Assembly: GCA_946537975.1 (NCBI GenBank)
Contig: CAMNGG010000290.1
Coordinates: forward strand, 1 to 57,815
Reading direction: 5' to 3'
Source of the DNA: an uncultured Treponema sp.
GTDB taxonomy: Bacteria; Spirochaetota; Spirochaetia; Treponematales; Treponemataceae
DNA length: 57,815 nucleotides
Made by a program: the position numbers and the translations under genes
Notes under the pieces: generated by a model
Seen by the model: the letters and a program-made list of their open reading frames with translations, nothing else
What the model was told of the DNA's origin: nothing
The model's database searches: none
In this document: positions 48,664-57,695 of the stretch, in pieces
How positions within the stretch are numbered: the stretch's first letter is position 1
How the letters are laid out: each line of letters opens with the position of its first letter

Positions 48664-51600
48664 ATGAATGAAGGTATTTACGAATTAATAATCAATGCAG
48701 CAATAAAATCAGAATTAGATAAAAATAACAATGCAATTAAAAAAACTAGAGATTTGACTAAAACGTCGGCCTCTGAAGTTCTTTCAAAATATGTTTATGA
48801 GATTATAAAAGAGAAGCTTAATACATTAGATAATTCAAGAAATGAATTAATTGAAGAAAAAATTGATCTCGTTAATAATATAATAAATTCCATAGACCCA
48901 AATAATTTTGAAAAATTAAAAGTGCTTACACATGAAGTAAAGAAAGAAAAGACTTTCAATACGGCATCACAGTTATTGTCTCTATTGAACAATAATAATT
49001 CTTGTTTTACAGATTTTAAGAAAGAAATACCTATTCCTACATCTTCAATAGCTGAGTGTTCTTTATTTACTGGTGGAGCAGATAATGAACCGCCTCTTTT
49101 TGAAGAATTAAAAAAAGAGATATTAACTTCAAACAAAATTGATATGTTGGTTTCATTTATTAGATGGTCGGGATTAAGACTTATTCTTCCAAATCTACGA
49201 ACTTTTACAGAGCGTGGTGGCTTTCTTAGAATTATTACAACAACATATATGGGAGCTACAGATCCTAAAGCAATCGAGGAGTTGAGTAAACTTCCAAATA
49301 CTGAAATTAAAATTTCTTATGATACAAGAAGAACAAGATTGCATGCAAAAGCTTATATGTTTTATCGGGATACTGGCTTTTCAACAGCTTATGTTGGTTC
49401 CTCTAATCTTTCAAATCCAGCAATGTCAAGTGGAATGGAATGGAATATTAAAATTGCCAAAAAGGAACTTCCGGAAACATTGGAAAAAGTAAAGGCTACA
49501 TTTGAAACATATTGGAATAATGATAAAGAATTTGAAGTTTTTTCCGGTTCTGAGGATGAATTAAAAAAACTTTGTGATGCAATTAATTTTGAAAAAAACA
49601 GAAAAAAATTGGATCCAAACAATTTAAGAGATAATCCATATATACTTGAAATTACTCCTTATCCATATCAACAAGCAATACTTGATAATTTAAAAACAGA
49701 GCGTGATGTTCATCATCGTTATAAGAATTTAGTTGTAGCATCTACAGGAACAGGAAAAACAGTTATTGCAGCGTTTGATTATAAGAATTATTCTAAAGAA
49801 TATGAAAAGCAGACAAAAATAAAATATGCAAAACTTTTATTTATTGCGCATAGAAGAGAGATTCTTGAGCAGAGTAGGACAAAATTTAGAGAAATATTAA
49901 GAGATCAGAATTTTGGAGAATTATTTGTAGGTAAAATTAAGCCTCAGGGAAATGAACAACTATTTATGTCAATTCAGACATTTAATTCTCAAGAATGGAC
50001 TTCCAAAGTCCCTGCAGATTATTATGACTTCATAATTATAGATGAATTTCATCATGCAAAAGCAAAATCCTATCAAGCTCTGTTGGAATACTTTAAGCCA
50101 AAGGTATTATTAGGACTTACTGCTACTCCAGAAAGAATGGATGGTAAAGATGTTACTGAATATTTTGGAGGAAGAATTGCAGCAGAGATTCGTTTACCAG
50201 AGGCAATTGAACGAAAATTATTATGTCCTTTCCATTATTTTGGTGTTACAGATATGGAGACAGCTTCGTTAGTAAATATAAATTGGCGAAGAGGAAAGTA
50301 TGATGAAAAACAACTTGAGAATATTTACACAGTTGATAAGGCAATAGCTGAGCAAAGAGCGCAACTTATATATGATTCAGTTTTAAAATATGTTACAGAT
50401 ATTAATGATGTTGTTGGGTTAGGCTTCTGTGTTACAAAGAATCATGCAAAATTCATGGCAGAACAATTTAATAAAAGAGGAATTAGGTCAGAAGCATTAA
50501 TCAGTGATACAAATAACGAAGATAGGAAAGAATTTAGAGCAAAACTAGTAAGTGATGATAAAGATAGAATCAAGTTCTTATTTGTTGTAGATTTATTTAA
50601 TGAAGGTGTTGATATCCCAGAAATAAATACCATATTATTCTTAAGACCAACAGAATCATTAACTGTTTTCACACAACAATTAGGCAGGGGATTGCGTTTA
50701 TGTGATGGAAAAGAATGTCTAACTGTATTGGACTTTATCGCCCAATCAAGAAAGAAGTTTTCTATTAATGAAAATAAGCTTAGTCTTTTACTTCCTCATT
50801 CAAAACAATCAATTATCAAAGAGATCCAAAACGGTTTTACAGCAGTTCCAAAGGGCTGTTATATACAACTAGAACAACAAGCCCAAGAATATATTTTAGA
50901 TACTATAAGTGATCCTATTGGTAGCAAGAGTTGGATAGAGGCAAAATTACAAATATTAAAAGAAGATGGGGTTAAAGATATTTCTCTTAAGGCGTTCTTA
51001 GAAAGATTTAACCTTGATATAAAATCTCTTTATAAGAAGTCAAATTCTAACCCTCGTTCATTCTCGAAATTCTGTGCAAATGTAGGTTTTAGACCTAGTT
51101 TTGCTGAACCAGATGAAAAAATGATGTGTAGTGGTTTTTCAAGAATTTGTTCAATAAATTCTGTAAAATGGCTTAATTTTCTTATTAAGGATTTATTGAT
51201 TACAAATAAAACTATTGATGAATATGATGATATTCAACGTTCATACATAGAAATGTTTTATTTTACAATGTGGACAAATGCAAGTGATATAGGAGTCAAA
51301 TCTGAATTAAATAAAATACGAGCATTAAAAAGCAATCCAGTTTTATATAAAGAGATGATAGAAATTCTTGAGTATCAACTAGATACGATTAATGTCGTTG
51401 CTAAAGAGATAGATCTCGGTTATAAGCATCCACTGCAAGTTCATTGTAATTACTCAAGAGATCAATTGCTTGTTGGTTTAGGATATAAAACTCCATCTAA
51501 CATACGCCAGGGAGTATGCTACTTAAAAGATAGAAAAACTGATATCTTCCTAATTACATTAAATAAAGATGTTGATTATTATAAAGAAAGCATTCAATAT

Positions 51601-51894
51601 AATGATTACTCCGTAAATGAATATATCTTCCATTGGGAAAGTCAGAATTTGACATCGCCAGAATCCGAAACAGGGAAGAGGTATATTAATCATGATAAAC
51701 TGGGTAGTAAAATATTATTATTTGTACGTGATGAAAACGATGATGAAACAGGAAATAGAGCCCCTTATACATTCCTAGGCACAGCCCATTATATTCGCCA
51801 TGAGAACTCTAAACCTATGGCTATATATTTACGTTTAGATGAACCAATTCCGGGTGAACTCATGAACGTAACGAATAAGTTATTGGCTAGTTAG
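48664..51894 (+). CDS. PLD-nuclease + DEAD/DEAH helicase + DUF3427 protein (start probably ATG 48664)
   Basis: LHAKAY...VGSSNLS; STGTGKT; IIDEFHH; GLTATPER; QQLGRGLR; YNDY...FHWESQ. Confidence 0.9.
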   Translation: MNEGIYELIINAAIKSELDKNNNAIKKTRDLTKTSASEVLSKYVYEIIKEKLNTLDNSRNELIEEKIDLVNNIINSIDPNNFEKLKVLTHEVKKEKTFNTASQLLSLLNNNNSCFTDFKKEIPIPTSSIAECSLFTGGADNEPPLFEELKKEILTSNKIDMLVSFIRWSGLRLILPNLRTFTERGGFLRIITTTYMGATDPKAIEELSKLPNTEIKISYDTRRTRLHAKAYMFYRDTGFSTAYVGSSNLSNPAMSSGMEWNIKIAKKELPETLEKVKATFETYWNNDKEFEVFSGSEDELKKLCDAINFEKNRKKLDPNNLRDNPYILEITPYPYQQAILDNLKTERDVHHRYKNLVVASTGTGKTVIAAFDYKNYSKEYEKQTKIKYAKLLFIAHRREILEQSRTKFREILRDQNFGELFVGKIKPQGNEQLFMSIQTFNSQEWTSKVPADYYDFIIIDEFHHAKAKSYQALLEYFKPKVLLGLTATPERMDGKDVTEYFGGRIAAEIRLPEAIERKLLCPFHYFGVTDMETASLVNINWRRGKYDEKQLENIYTVDKAIAEQRAQLIYDSVLKYVTDINDVVGLGFCVTKNHAKFMAEQFNKRGIRSEALISDTNNEDRKEFRAKLVSDDKDRIKFLFVVDLFNEGVDIPEINTILFLRPTESLTVFTQQLGRGLRLCDGKECLTVLDFIAQSRKKFSINENKLSLLLPHSKQSIIKEIQNGFTAVPKGCYIQLEQQAQEYILDTISDPIGSKSWIEAKLQILKEDGVKDISLKAFLERFNLDIKSLYKKSNSNPRSFSKFCANVGFRPSFAEPDEKMMCSGFSRICSINSVKWLNFLIKDLLITNKTIDEYDDIQRSYIEMFYFTMWTNASDIGVKSELNKIRALKSNPVLYKEMIEILEYQLDTINVVAKEIDLGYKHPLQVHCNYSRDQLLVGLGYKTPSNIRQGVCYLKDRKTDIFLITLNKDVDYYKESIQYNDYSVNEYIFHWESQNLTSPESETGKRYINHDKLGSKILLFVRDENDDETGNRAPYTFLGTAHYIRHENSKPMAIYLRLDEPIPGELMNVTNKLLAS

Positions 51895-51915
51895 TTAGCA
51901 AAAGGAATAGAAATA

Positions 51916-52923
51916 ATGTCAAGCGGGAAGAAAACAGCTGGATGGAACCAAACTTCCGGAACATTCCGGGAAGGACCGATAAGTGAAGATACCTTTTGGA
52001 TGCTATTCAATTATGTGTTTTCGGATGGGTCGGCAAAGAGAACTACATATAAATTTGGTCTCATAAAATCGATTCTTGATAATCTTTTTAATAGTGAAGG
52101 GGAGGATTATTCTCTCTTCATCAGCTATGAAAACTTGTTCGGGAAGTTTGCGGAAAACTACTGGAACCTGGTTACTAAATATCATTTAAGGCAAATGCTA
52201 CCGGATGGTAAAAGTGAGTATTCCAAAATCGAACAGATTTTCATGGCTTTAATTCAGGAAGAGCCTGCCTTTGCAAATATTCCTTTTACTTCAATTCCGG
52301 AAGCTCAGAGAAAAGCTATCATCAGACAGGTAAGCAGCGATTGTAGAAGAAATGTGATTGGTGCTCTCCACAGGGATTTTCAGGATTGTCTTTATGCTTT
52401 TGATTTGAAGGGCGATGGAATTTACCTGAATGCTTATGCCTTTGATTTTATGCTTAAGTATAAGGTGGAAATTGAAAAGCTGAATTATTACGCCTGGGCT
52501 AAGTTCCTTGAAAAGATAAACGACGAAGCTGTTGTTGTAAAGCTTCTGGATAAGCTTGAGCTGGCAACTCCTCAGCGCGAGGATTTATCTGTTTTCCGCC
52601 AGGTTCTTTATAATGAGTTTGAACAGTGTAATTGCTTCTACTGCGGAAAGAAGTTGCATGAGATTCATGTGGACCACTTTATTCCATGGAGTTTTATAAA
52701 GGAAGATAAGTTATGGAACTTTGTCCTGGCTTGTCCGACCTGCAATATTCGAAAGAGTAATAAGATTCCGGGAATGGAATATGTAAAAGTTATTCAGATC
52801 CGAAATGATGCTTTAAGAAAACTGGATTCTGATTTTGTTCAAAATCAGTTTAAAACCTATAAACCGCAACTGATTAGTGATATGTGGAAATATGCGCAGA
52901 GCGGCGGATTTGTGGTGATGTAG
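51916..52923 (+). CDS. HNH endonuclease
   Basis: CFYC...VDHFIPWS...NFVLACPTCNIRKSNK. Confidence 0.88.
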   Translation: MSSGKKTAGWNQTSGTFREGPISEDTFWMLFNYVFSDGSAKRTTYKFGLIKSILDNLFNSEGEDYSLFISYENLFGKFAENYWNLVTKYHLRQMLPDGKSEYSKIEQIFMALIQEEPAFANIPFTSIPEAQRKAIIRQVSSDCRRNVIGALHRDFQDCLYAFDLKGDGIYLNAYAFDFMLKYKVEIEKLNYYAWAKFLEKINDEAVVVKLLDKLELATPQREDLSVFRQVLYNEFEQCNCFYCGKKLHEIHVDHFIPWSFIKEDKLWNFVLACPTCNIRKSNKIPGMEYVKVIQIRNDALRKLDSDFVQNQFKTYKPQLISDMWKYAQSGGFVVM

Positions 52924-52937
52924 ATTTTTGTCTGATA

Positions 52938-53047
52938 CAAAAATGTGTAAATTTGGCTGGTTTTTATGTGCAAAAAGGTGTAATTTTGTTCAAAAAAAGT
53001 TATAAAAATGTGTAAAAACTGCAATATTTTTCTTTATTTTTGTGTAA
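52938..53047 (+). repeat. Four phased (AAAAAK)GTGTAA repeats, 33/32/32-bp spacing
   Basis: GTGTAA ends at 52950, 52983, 53015 and 53047; the first three are preceded by YAAAAAK. Confidence 0.75.
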
Positions 53048-53067
53048 AAATAGCGTAGAATGGGAAT

Positions 53068-54369
53068 ATGCAAAGAAAGGCATTGAGTCAACTTTTAGAA
53101 TGGAAAAACTCTAAACGAAGAAAACCTTTGATTTTGAAGGGGGCAAGACAGGTTGGGAAAACCTGGCTTATGAAAGAGTTCGGCCGGCTTTATTATGAAA
53201 AGACTTTCTATTTTTCTTTTGAAAAGGAAGAAGAACTTTCTAATATTTTTGAGAAGAATAAAGATCCGTTCAGAATTATTGACCTGCTCGGAACGATTTA
53301 TAATACTAAAATTGAACCAAAAAAGCATCTTATTATTTTTGATGAAATACAGGAATGTCCTAAGGCTCTTAATTCTCTAAAATATTTTAATGAAGAAGCA
53401 AATGAATATCATATAATCGCAGCAGGAAGCCTTTTGGGAACACTGCTTGCGGATGCAATGAGCTATCCTGTAGGTAAGGTTAATCTGCTGAATGTATATC
53501 CTATGGATTTTGAAGAATTCTTAGGAGCTGTAGAGCCGGGACTTTTAAAATATATTGAAGAAACAAAGCCGGAAGATATTATAGAAATTCAGCATACAAA
53601 GCTTATAGAACAGTATCATAATTATTTAATTATTGGCGGAATGCCGGAGTGTGTTTCTAGCTGGGTTAATGAAAAAAATTCCGGTACTGTTGCCCAGATT
53701 CAAAAAGAATTAATTAATATTTATGAGAATGACTTTGCAAAGCATAATAAAGAAGTAAACGCTGCAAGAATTCTTCTTGTGTTTAGAAGCCTTGTAAGTC
53801 AACTTTCAAAAGAAAATGAAAAATTTATTTATGGATGTGTAAAATCGGGAGCACGGGCACGGGAATTTGAAGAAGCTATAGAATGGCTTGTTTCAAGTGG
53901 AATTGTACTTAGAATTTATGATGTAACAAAACCGGAGCATCCTTTAAAAGCTTTCGAAGATCTTTCTAGTTTTAAGCTTTTCTTCTTTGATGTTGGTCTT
54001 TTAAAATATGCAGCAGGAGTTTCTAACAAAGATATTATTCTTGATTCTGGGTTTCAATTTAAAGGCCCTCTTACAGAAAACTATGTTTTACAACAGTTAA
54101 TTCCACAATTTGATGTACCCCCACATTATTATTCACCGGCACAAAATTATGAAGTTGATTTTCTGCTTCAAAATGAAAGTGACATAATTCCTGTTGAATG
54201 CAAGGCTGGAAAAAATACCCTAAGTGCAAGTTTTAAACGCTTCAGAAAAGAGCAGAAACCAGAGCTTGCAATTCGCTTTTCGGAGTTACCCTATAAAGAG
54301 CAGGACGATATGGTAAATGTTCCTCTTTATTTAGCGGGGCAAATAAAAAAGATTCAAAGCGCCAGGTGA
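53068..54369 (+). CDS. AAA_14 ATPase + DUF4143 (PD-(D/E)XK-like) protein, copy A
   Basis: GARQVGKT; IIFDEIQ; IGGMPE; KLFFFDVGLL; ENYV; YEVDFL...IPVECKAG. Confidence 0.9.
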   Translation: MQRKALSQLLEWKNSKRRKPLILKGARQVGKTWLMKEFGRLYYEKTFYFSFEKEEELSNIFEKNKDPFRIIDLLGTIYNTKIEPKKHLIIFDEIQECPKALNSLKYFNEEANEYHIIAAGSLLGTLLADAMSYPVGKVNLLNVYPMDFEEFLGAVEPGLLKYIEETKPEDIIEIQHTKLIEQYHNYLIIGGMPECVSSWVNEKNSGTVAQIQKELINIYENDFAKHNKEVNAARILLVFRSLVSQLSKENEKFIYGCVKSGARAREFEEAIEWLVSSGIVLRIYDVTKPEHPLKAFEDLSSFKLFFFDVGLLKYAAGVSNKDIILDSGFQFKGPLTENYVLQQLIPQFDVPPHYYSPAQNYEVDFLLQNESDIIPVECKAGKNTLSASFKRFRKEQKPELAIRFSELPYKEQDDMVNVPLYLAGQIKKIQSAR

Positions 54370-54413
54370 AAAATGCCGAAACGCCAAGTGAAAAATCGCC
54401 AAATCGCCAGGTG
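54360..54413 (+). repeat. Three CGCCARGTG repeats, 22/23-bp spacing
   Basis: Copies at 54360, 54382 and 54405; the first supplies the stop codon of the upstream gene. Confidence 0.75.
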
Positions 54414-54417
54414 GAGC

Positions 54418-54531
54418 TATGGGGATTTTGCACATTTCGTGGTAAAATTGTAAGGGGATTTTGCACAAATTATACTGATTTTATAAGGGGATTTTGCATA
54501 TTTTTGCTTGATTTCCTATGGGGATTTTGTA
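54418..54531 (+). repeat. Four TAWGGGGATTTTGYA repeats at an exact 33-bp period; the last overlaps the -10 box
   Basis: GGGG starts at 54421, 54454, 54487 and 54520; TATAAT at 54530-54535. Confidence 0.9.
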
Positions 54532-54542
54532 TAATTTAAGGT

Positions 54543-55877
54543 ATGGAAACATTCAAAAGGAAAATCTGGGATAAGTTTAAGGCGTGGAAAGAAGAGTCTG
54601 ACGGGCATACAGCTCTGCTTGTGGAGGGGGCTAGACGAATTGGAAAATCTACTGCTGTTGAAGAATTTGCAAAAAGGGAATACGAATCCTATATCCTGAT
54701 TGATTTTGCATTTGCATCTCAGAATATCAAAAATCTTTTTAATGACCTTTCTGATTTGAATTCATTTTTCAGGCTGCTTCAGTATTACACCGGCAAAGAC
54801 CTGAAGGAACGCAAATCTCTAATTATTTTTGATGAGGTTCAACTTTTTCCTTTGGCCCGTCAGGCTATTAAACTTCTGGTTAAAGATCATCGTTATGATT
54901 ATATGGAAACAGGTTCGCTCCTTTCTATCAAGGAAAATGTAAAAGATATTCTTATACCTAGTGAAGAGCGGACAATTCAGATGTACCCGATGGATTATGA
55001 AGAGTTTTGCTGGGCTATTGGGCAGACTAATACTTATGAAATTGGTCGAACTATCTGGCAGGAAAAGAAGTCTCTGGGTGATGATGTAAACCGTGACCTG
55101 ATGAGAAAGTTCCGGCTTTATATGATTGTTGGCGGAATGCCGCAGGCTGTTGAAGCATTTCTGACAACTAACAATTTTACGCAGGTTGATCTGGTTAAAC
55201 GCGATATTCTAAAGCTTTATGAAAATGATTTTATGAAGTTTGATTCTACAGGCCGTGCCTCTTTGCTTTTTGACCATATTCCGGCTGAACTTCAAAAGAA
55301 TGCCTCGCGCTATCAGGTTTCGAGTGTAATAGAAAATGCAAGGGCTGGTACTATGCTTGAACGCATTGCAAAGCTTCAGGATTCTAAAACTGTGAATGTT
55401 GCTTATCATGCTAATGCGCCGGAAGCGGGACTTTCTCAGAATATTGATTTGGAAAAGTTCAAGCTTTTTGTTTGTGATACGGGTCTCTTTGTAACTCTTT
55501 GTTTTAAGGACAAGGATTTTACCGAAAATATTATTTATGAAAAACTTCTTTCTGACAAGCTTCAAGCAAATCTTGGATATGTCTATGAAAATGTAATTGC
55601 CCAGATGCTGGCCGCAAAAGGTGATGAACTCTATTATCATACTTTCCCTAGTGAAACGTCTAATCATAATTACGAGATAGACTTTGTTATTTCACGCAAA
55701 AACAAAATCTGCCCGATTGAAGCAAAAGCCGCTGATTACCACAAACACAAATCGATGGATATTTTTACCGAAAAATTTTCAAAACATATTGGCAACCGCT
55801 TCCTGGTTTACACAAAGGAATACCGCAAGGACACAGACATTTTCTGCATCCCAATGTATCTGGTGCCGTTTATTTAA
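54543..55877 (+). CDS. AAA_14 ATPase + DUF4143 protein, copy B
   Basis: GARRIGKS; IIFDEVQ; VGGMPQ; KLFVCDTGL; YENV; YEIDFV...PIEAK. Confidence 0.9.
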   Translation: METFKRKIWDKFKAWKEESDGHTALLVEGARRIGKSTAVEEFAKREYESYILIDFAFASQNIKNLFNDLSDLNSFFRLLQYYTGKDLKERKSLIIFDEVQLFPLARQAIKLLVKDHRYDYMETGSLLSIKENVKDILIPSEERTIQMYPMDYEEFCWAIGQTNTYEIGRTIWQEKKSLGDDVNRDLMRKFRLYMIVGGMPQAVEAFLTTNNFTQVDLVKRDILKLYENDFMKFDSTGRASLLFDHIPAELQKNASRYQVSSVIENARAGTMLERIAKLQDSKTVNVAYHANAPEAGLSQNIDLEKFKLFVCDTGLFVTLCFKDKDFTENIIYEKLLSDKLQANLGYVYENVIAQMLAAKGDELYYHTFPSETSNHNYEIDFVISRKNKICPIEAKAADYHKHKSMDIFTEKFSKHIGNRFLVYTKEYRKDTDIFCIPMYLVPFI

Positions 55878-55920
55878 GGGAATGGTGATGTTATAATTGA
55901 TAAAAATAGGAGCTTTTTTT

Positions 55921-56085
55921 ATGGAACTGACAACAAAAGCAATTTCTGAACTATGTAAAGATTATTATTTCAATATCCCTGCTTATCAACGTGGATATCG
56001 CTGGGACAATCAACTGTCGCTGCCGGTGTTAAACTTCCTCAGGAAATCTCTCGCCGGCATTGACAAAGTAAAAATCTGTTTTTGA
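55921..56085 (+). pseudogene. 5' stub of a DUF262-family gene
   Basis: AGGAG RBS; MELTTKAISEL...FNIPAYQRGYRW, then similarity is lost after ~30 codons. Confidence 0.65.
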
Positions 56086-56119
56086 GAAGGTAATTCAAGA
56101 ATATTTTACTTGATATATC

Positions 56120-56791
56120 TTAAATACCTATCGGATCTCCGCAGAATTCTTTCCGTTTACATCCTTTACAGTGCGCTCCCATCCAGACGCTGTCGAATTG
56201 TTCGGCGGCGTTTTTTACGAAGTCGCGGTTGGTGCTGAGGATGCCCGCTTCGAAGTTGCGGGTGTTTTCGCCTTTCATGCCGAGGCCGGCGCCGGTGAGG
56301 TTGGCGGAGCCTACGTAGGCAGCTTTTAGGTCGAAGACAATTATTTTGAAATGGACTCTTGGGCAGAGGACTCGTTCCATGCCTTCAATGAGGGCGGGGT
56401 ATTTGTCGAAGTCCTGGCGGAAAGCCGGGCCCGGTTCTTTTGCGTGGATCAGCCGGATTGCGACTCCGCGTCTTGCGAGGTCTGAAAGCACTTCGAGTAA
56501 AGGCTTGGTGCCACGTCCGTCTTTTACGTAGAGGTCTTTGATATCGGCTGTGCCAATCCATAAGGTCTTTTTTACGGTCTTTATACGTTCGATTACCTGG
56601 TCGTAGTGGGACTCGTTGGAAATGTAGAGGAATTCTGGAGTAGCAGTGGCGGGGGATTTTAAGGGGGTGTCCTCCTTAGGAGAAGGGGTAGCGAAAGACC
56701 GCTTGCGGGCTGGAGCGTGGGGAAGACTTTCCCCTCCTTGTTTTTTATTCTCTATCTTCTTCTTTTTTCTTTCCAAACATAACAGCTCCAA
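56120..56791 (-). CDS. Phospholipase D-family (single HKD) protein, probable nuclease; start uncertain
   Basis: RVHFKIIVFD...YVGSANLTG...NFEAG; C-terminal CxxCxxxxxC. Confidence 0.85.
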   Translation of the reverse strand: MELLCLERKKKKIENKKQGGESLPHAPARKRSFATPSPKEDTPLKSPATATPEFLYISNESHYDQVIERIKTVKKTLWIGTADIKDLYVKDGRGTKPLLEVLSDLARRGVAIRLIHAKEPGPAFRQDFDKYPALIEGMERVLCPRVHFKIIVFDLKAAYVGSANLTGAGLGMKGENTRNFEAGILSTNRDFVKNAAEQFDSVWMGAHCKGCKRKEFCGDPIGI

Positions 56792-56794
56792 TTG

Positions 56795-57004
56795 CTATAG
56801 AGACACAATCGTCCCCTCAAACACCTTCTTCACAATATGAACGGGCAGGGGGAGTTCAAAGTCTATTTTTTGCAGGAGGCGCTGCTCTTCCAGAGAGTAT
56901 TTGACTTTGTCTTCGGTGTACATAATGCCGGTGAAATTGTTGATTGCAATCTGCATGTTGAGAGATTCGACAAACTTGTAGGTCCAGCCGGGTTTTTGTT
57001 CCAT
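56795..57004 (-). CDS. Small hypothetical protein in the WYL-PLD operon
   Basis: 3-bp gaps to both neighbours; 69 aa. Confidence 0.6.
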   Translation of the reverse strand: MEQKPGWTYKFVESLNMQIAINNFTGIMYTEDKVKYSLEEQRLLQKIDFELPLPVHIVKKVFEGTIVSL

Positions 57005-57007
57005 AGT

Positions 57008-57611
57008 TTACTGCACGTTTTTCAACATCTTTTTGAGCTCGGCTTTATAGGCTTCCTTTAATTCTGGTGGATTCAGAATCTGAACTGCAGAGCCGAAGCG
57101 AAGAATCCAGTAAAGACTTTCCTGGAACTGATTTGACTCGAAGCTGAGATAAACACTTCCATCCTCGTTCTGGCGGCAAACCTGATTTTTGTGCCAGGTG
57201 CGCTCGAGAATGTAGGTATTGATGGACTTATCAAAAAGGAGTTCGATTTTGATGGCTTCGTTTTCGTTGTTCCAGATGCCAAAGTATGGGTCGATGTGAA
57301 CCTTCTTTTCATAATCAGGATCTGGAGTAAAAGCATCACAAAGCACAATATCCTTCATGCGTGAAAGATTGTAGGTACTGTATTTATTGTGTTTATGGCA
57401 GAAGCCGATAGCATACCAGTCGCCGACGGTCGTATTCAATTGGAGCATTATAATAAAGCTTGAGCTCATCGATGTCGCGAAGAATGGTTCGTCTTGAAAC
57501 TTCGAGCTCCTTCATAAGACGTTCCACACTAGGATAATTCATATTCTGAATTGCTTTTTCAAGCTGCAGGAGCCTGAGTGATTTTACGTGACTTTCTCTT
57601 TGTTTTTCCAT
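57008..57611 (-). pseudogene. WYL-domain regulator with an internal deletion and frameshift
   Basis: HTH part (ELEVSRRTILRDIDEL..YYNAPIEYDR) joins out of frame near 57425 to GDWYAIGFC...YNLSRM...WILRFGSAVQILNPPEL; the middle present in the 24142 homologue is missing. Confidence 0.82.
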
Positions 57612-57695
57612 AATTGATTATTATAGCACACAAATTAAGAAAATCTTTGATAATTATTCAAAATCACTTGTAAAATCAAACTCAGGCTTGTTCTT

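Noticed and set aside
54418-54531. Repeat-spacer pattern as a CRISPR array
   Set aside because: Repeats are only 15 bp and spacers 18 bp, non-palindromic, overlapping a promoter; no cas genes in the window.
10182-55896. Numerous 60-150 aa ORFs antisense to or overlapping long genes
   Set aside because: Shadow ORFs of well-supported genes, without RBS or recognisable motifs.
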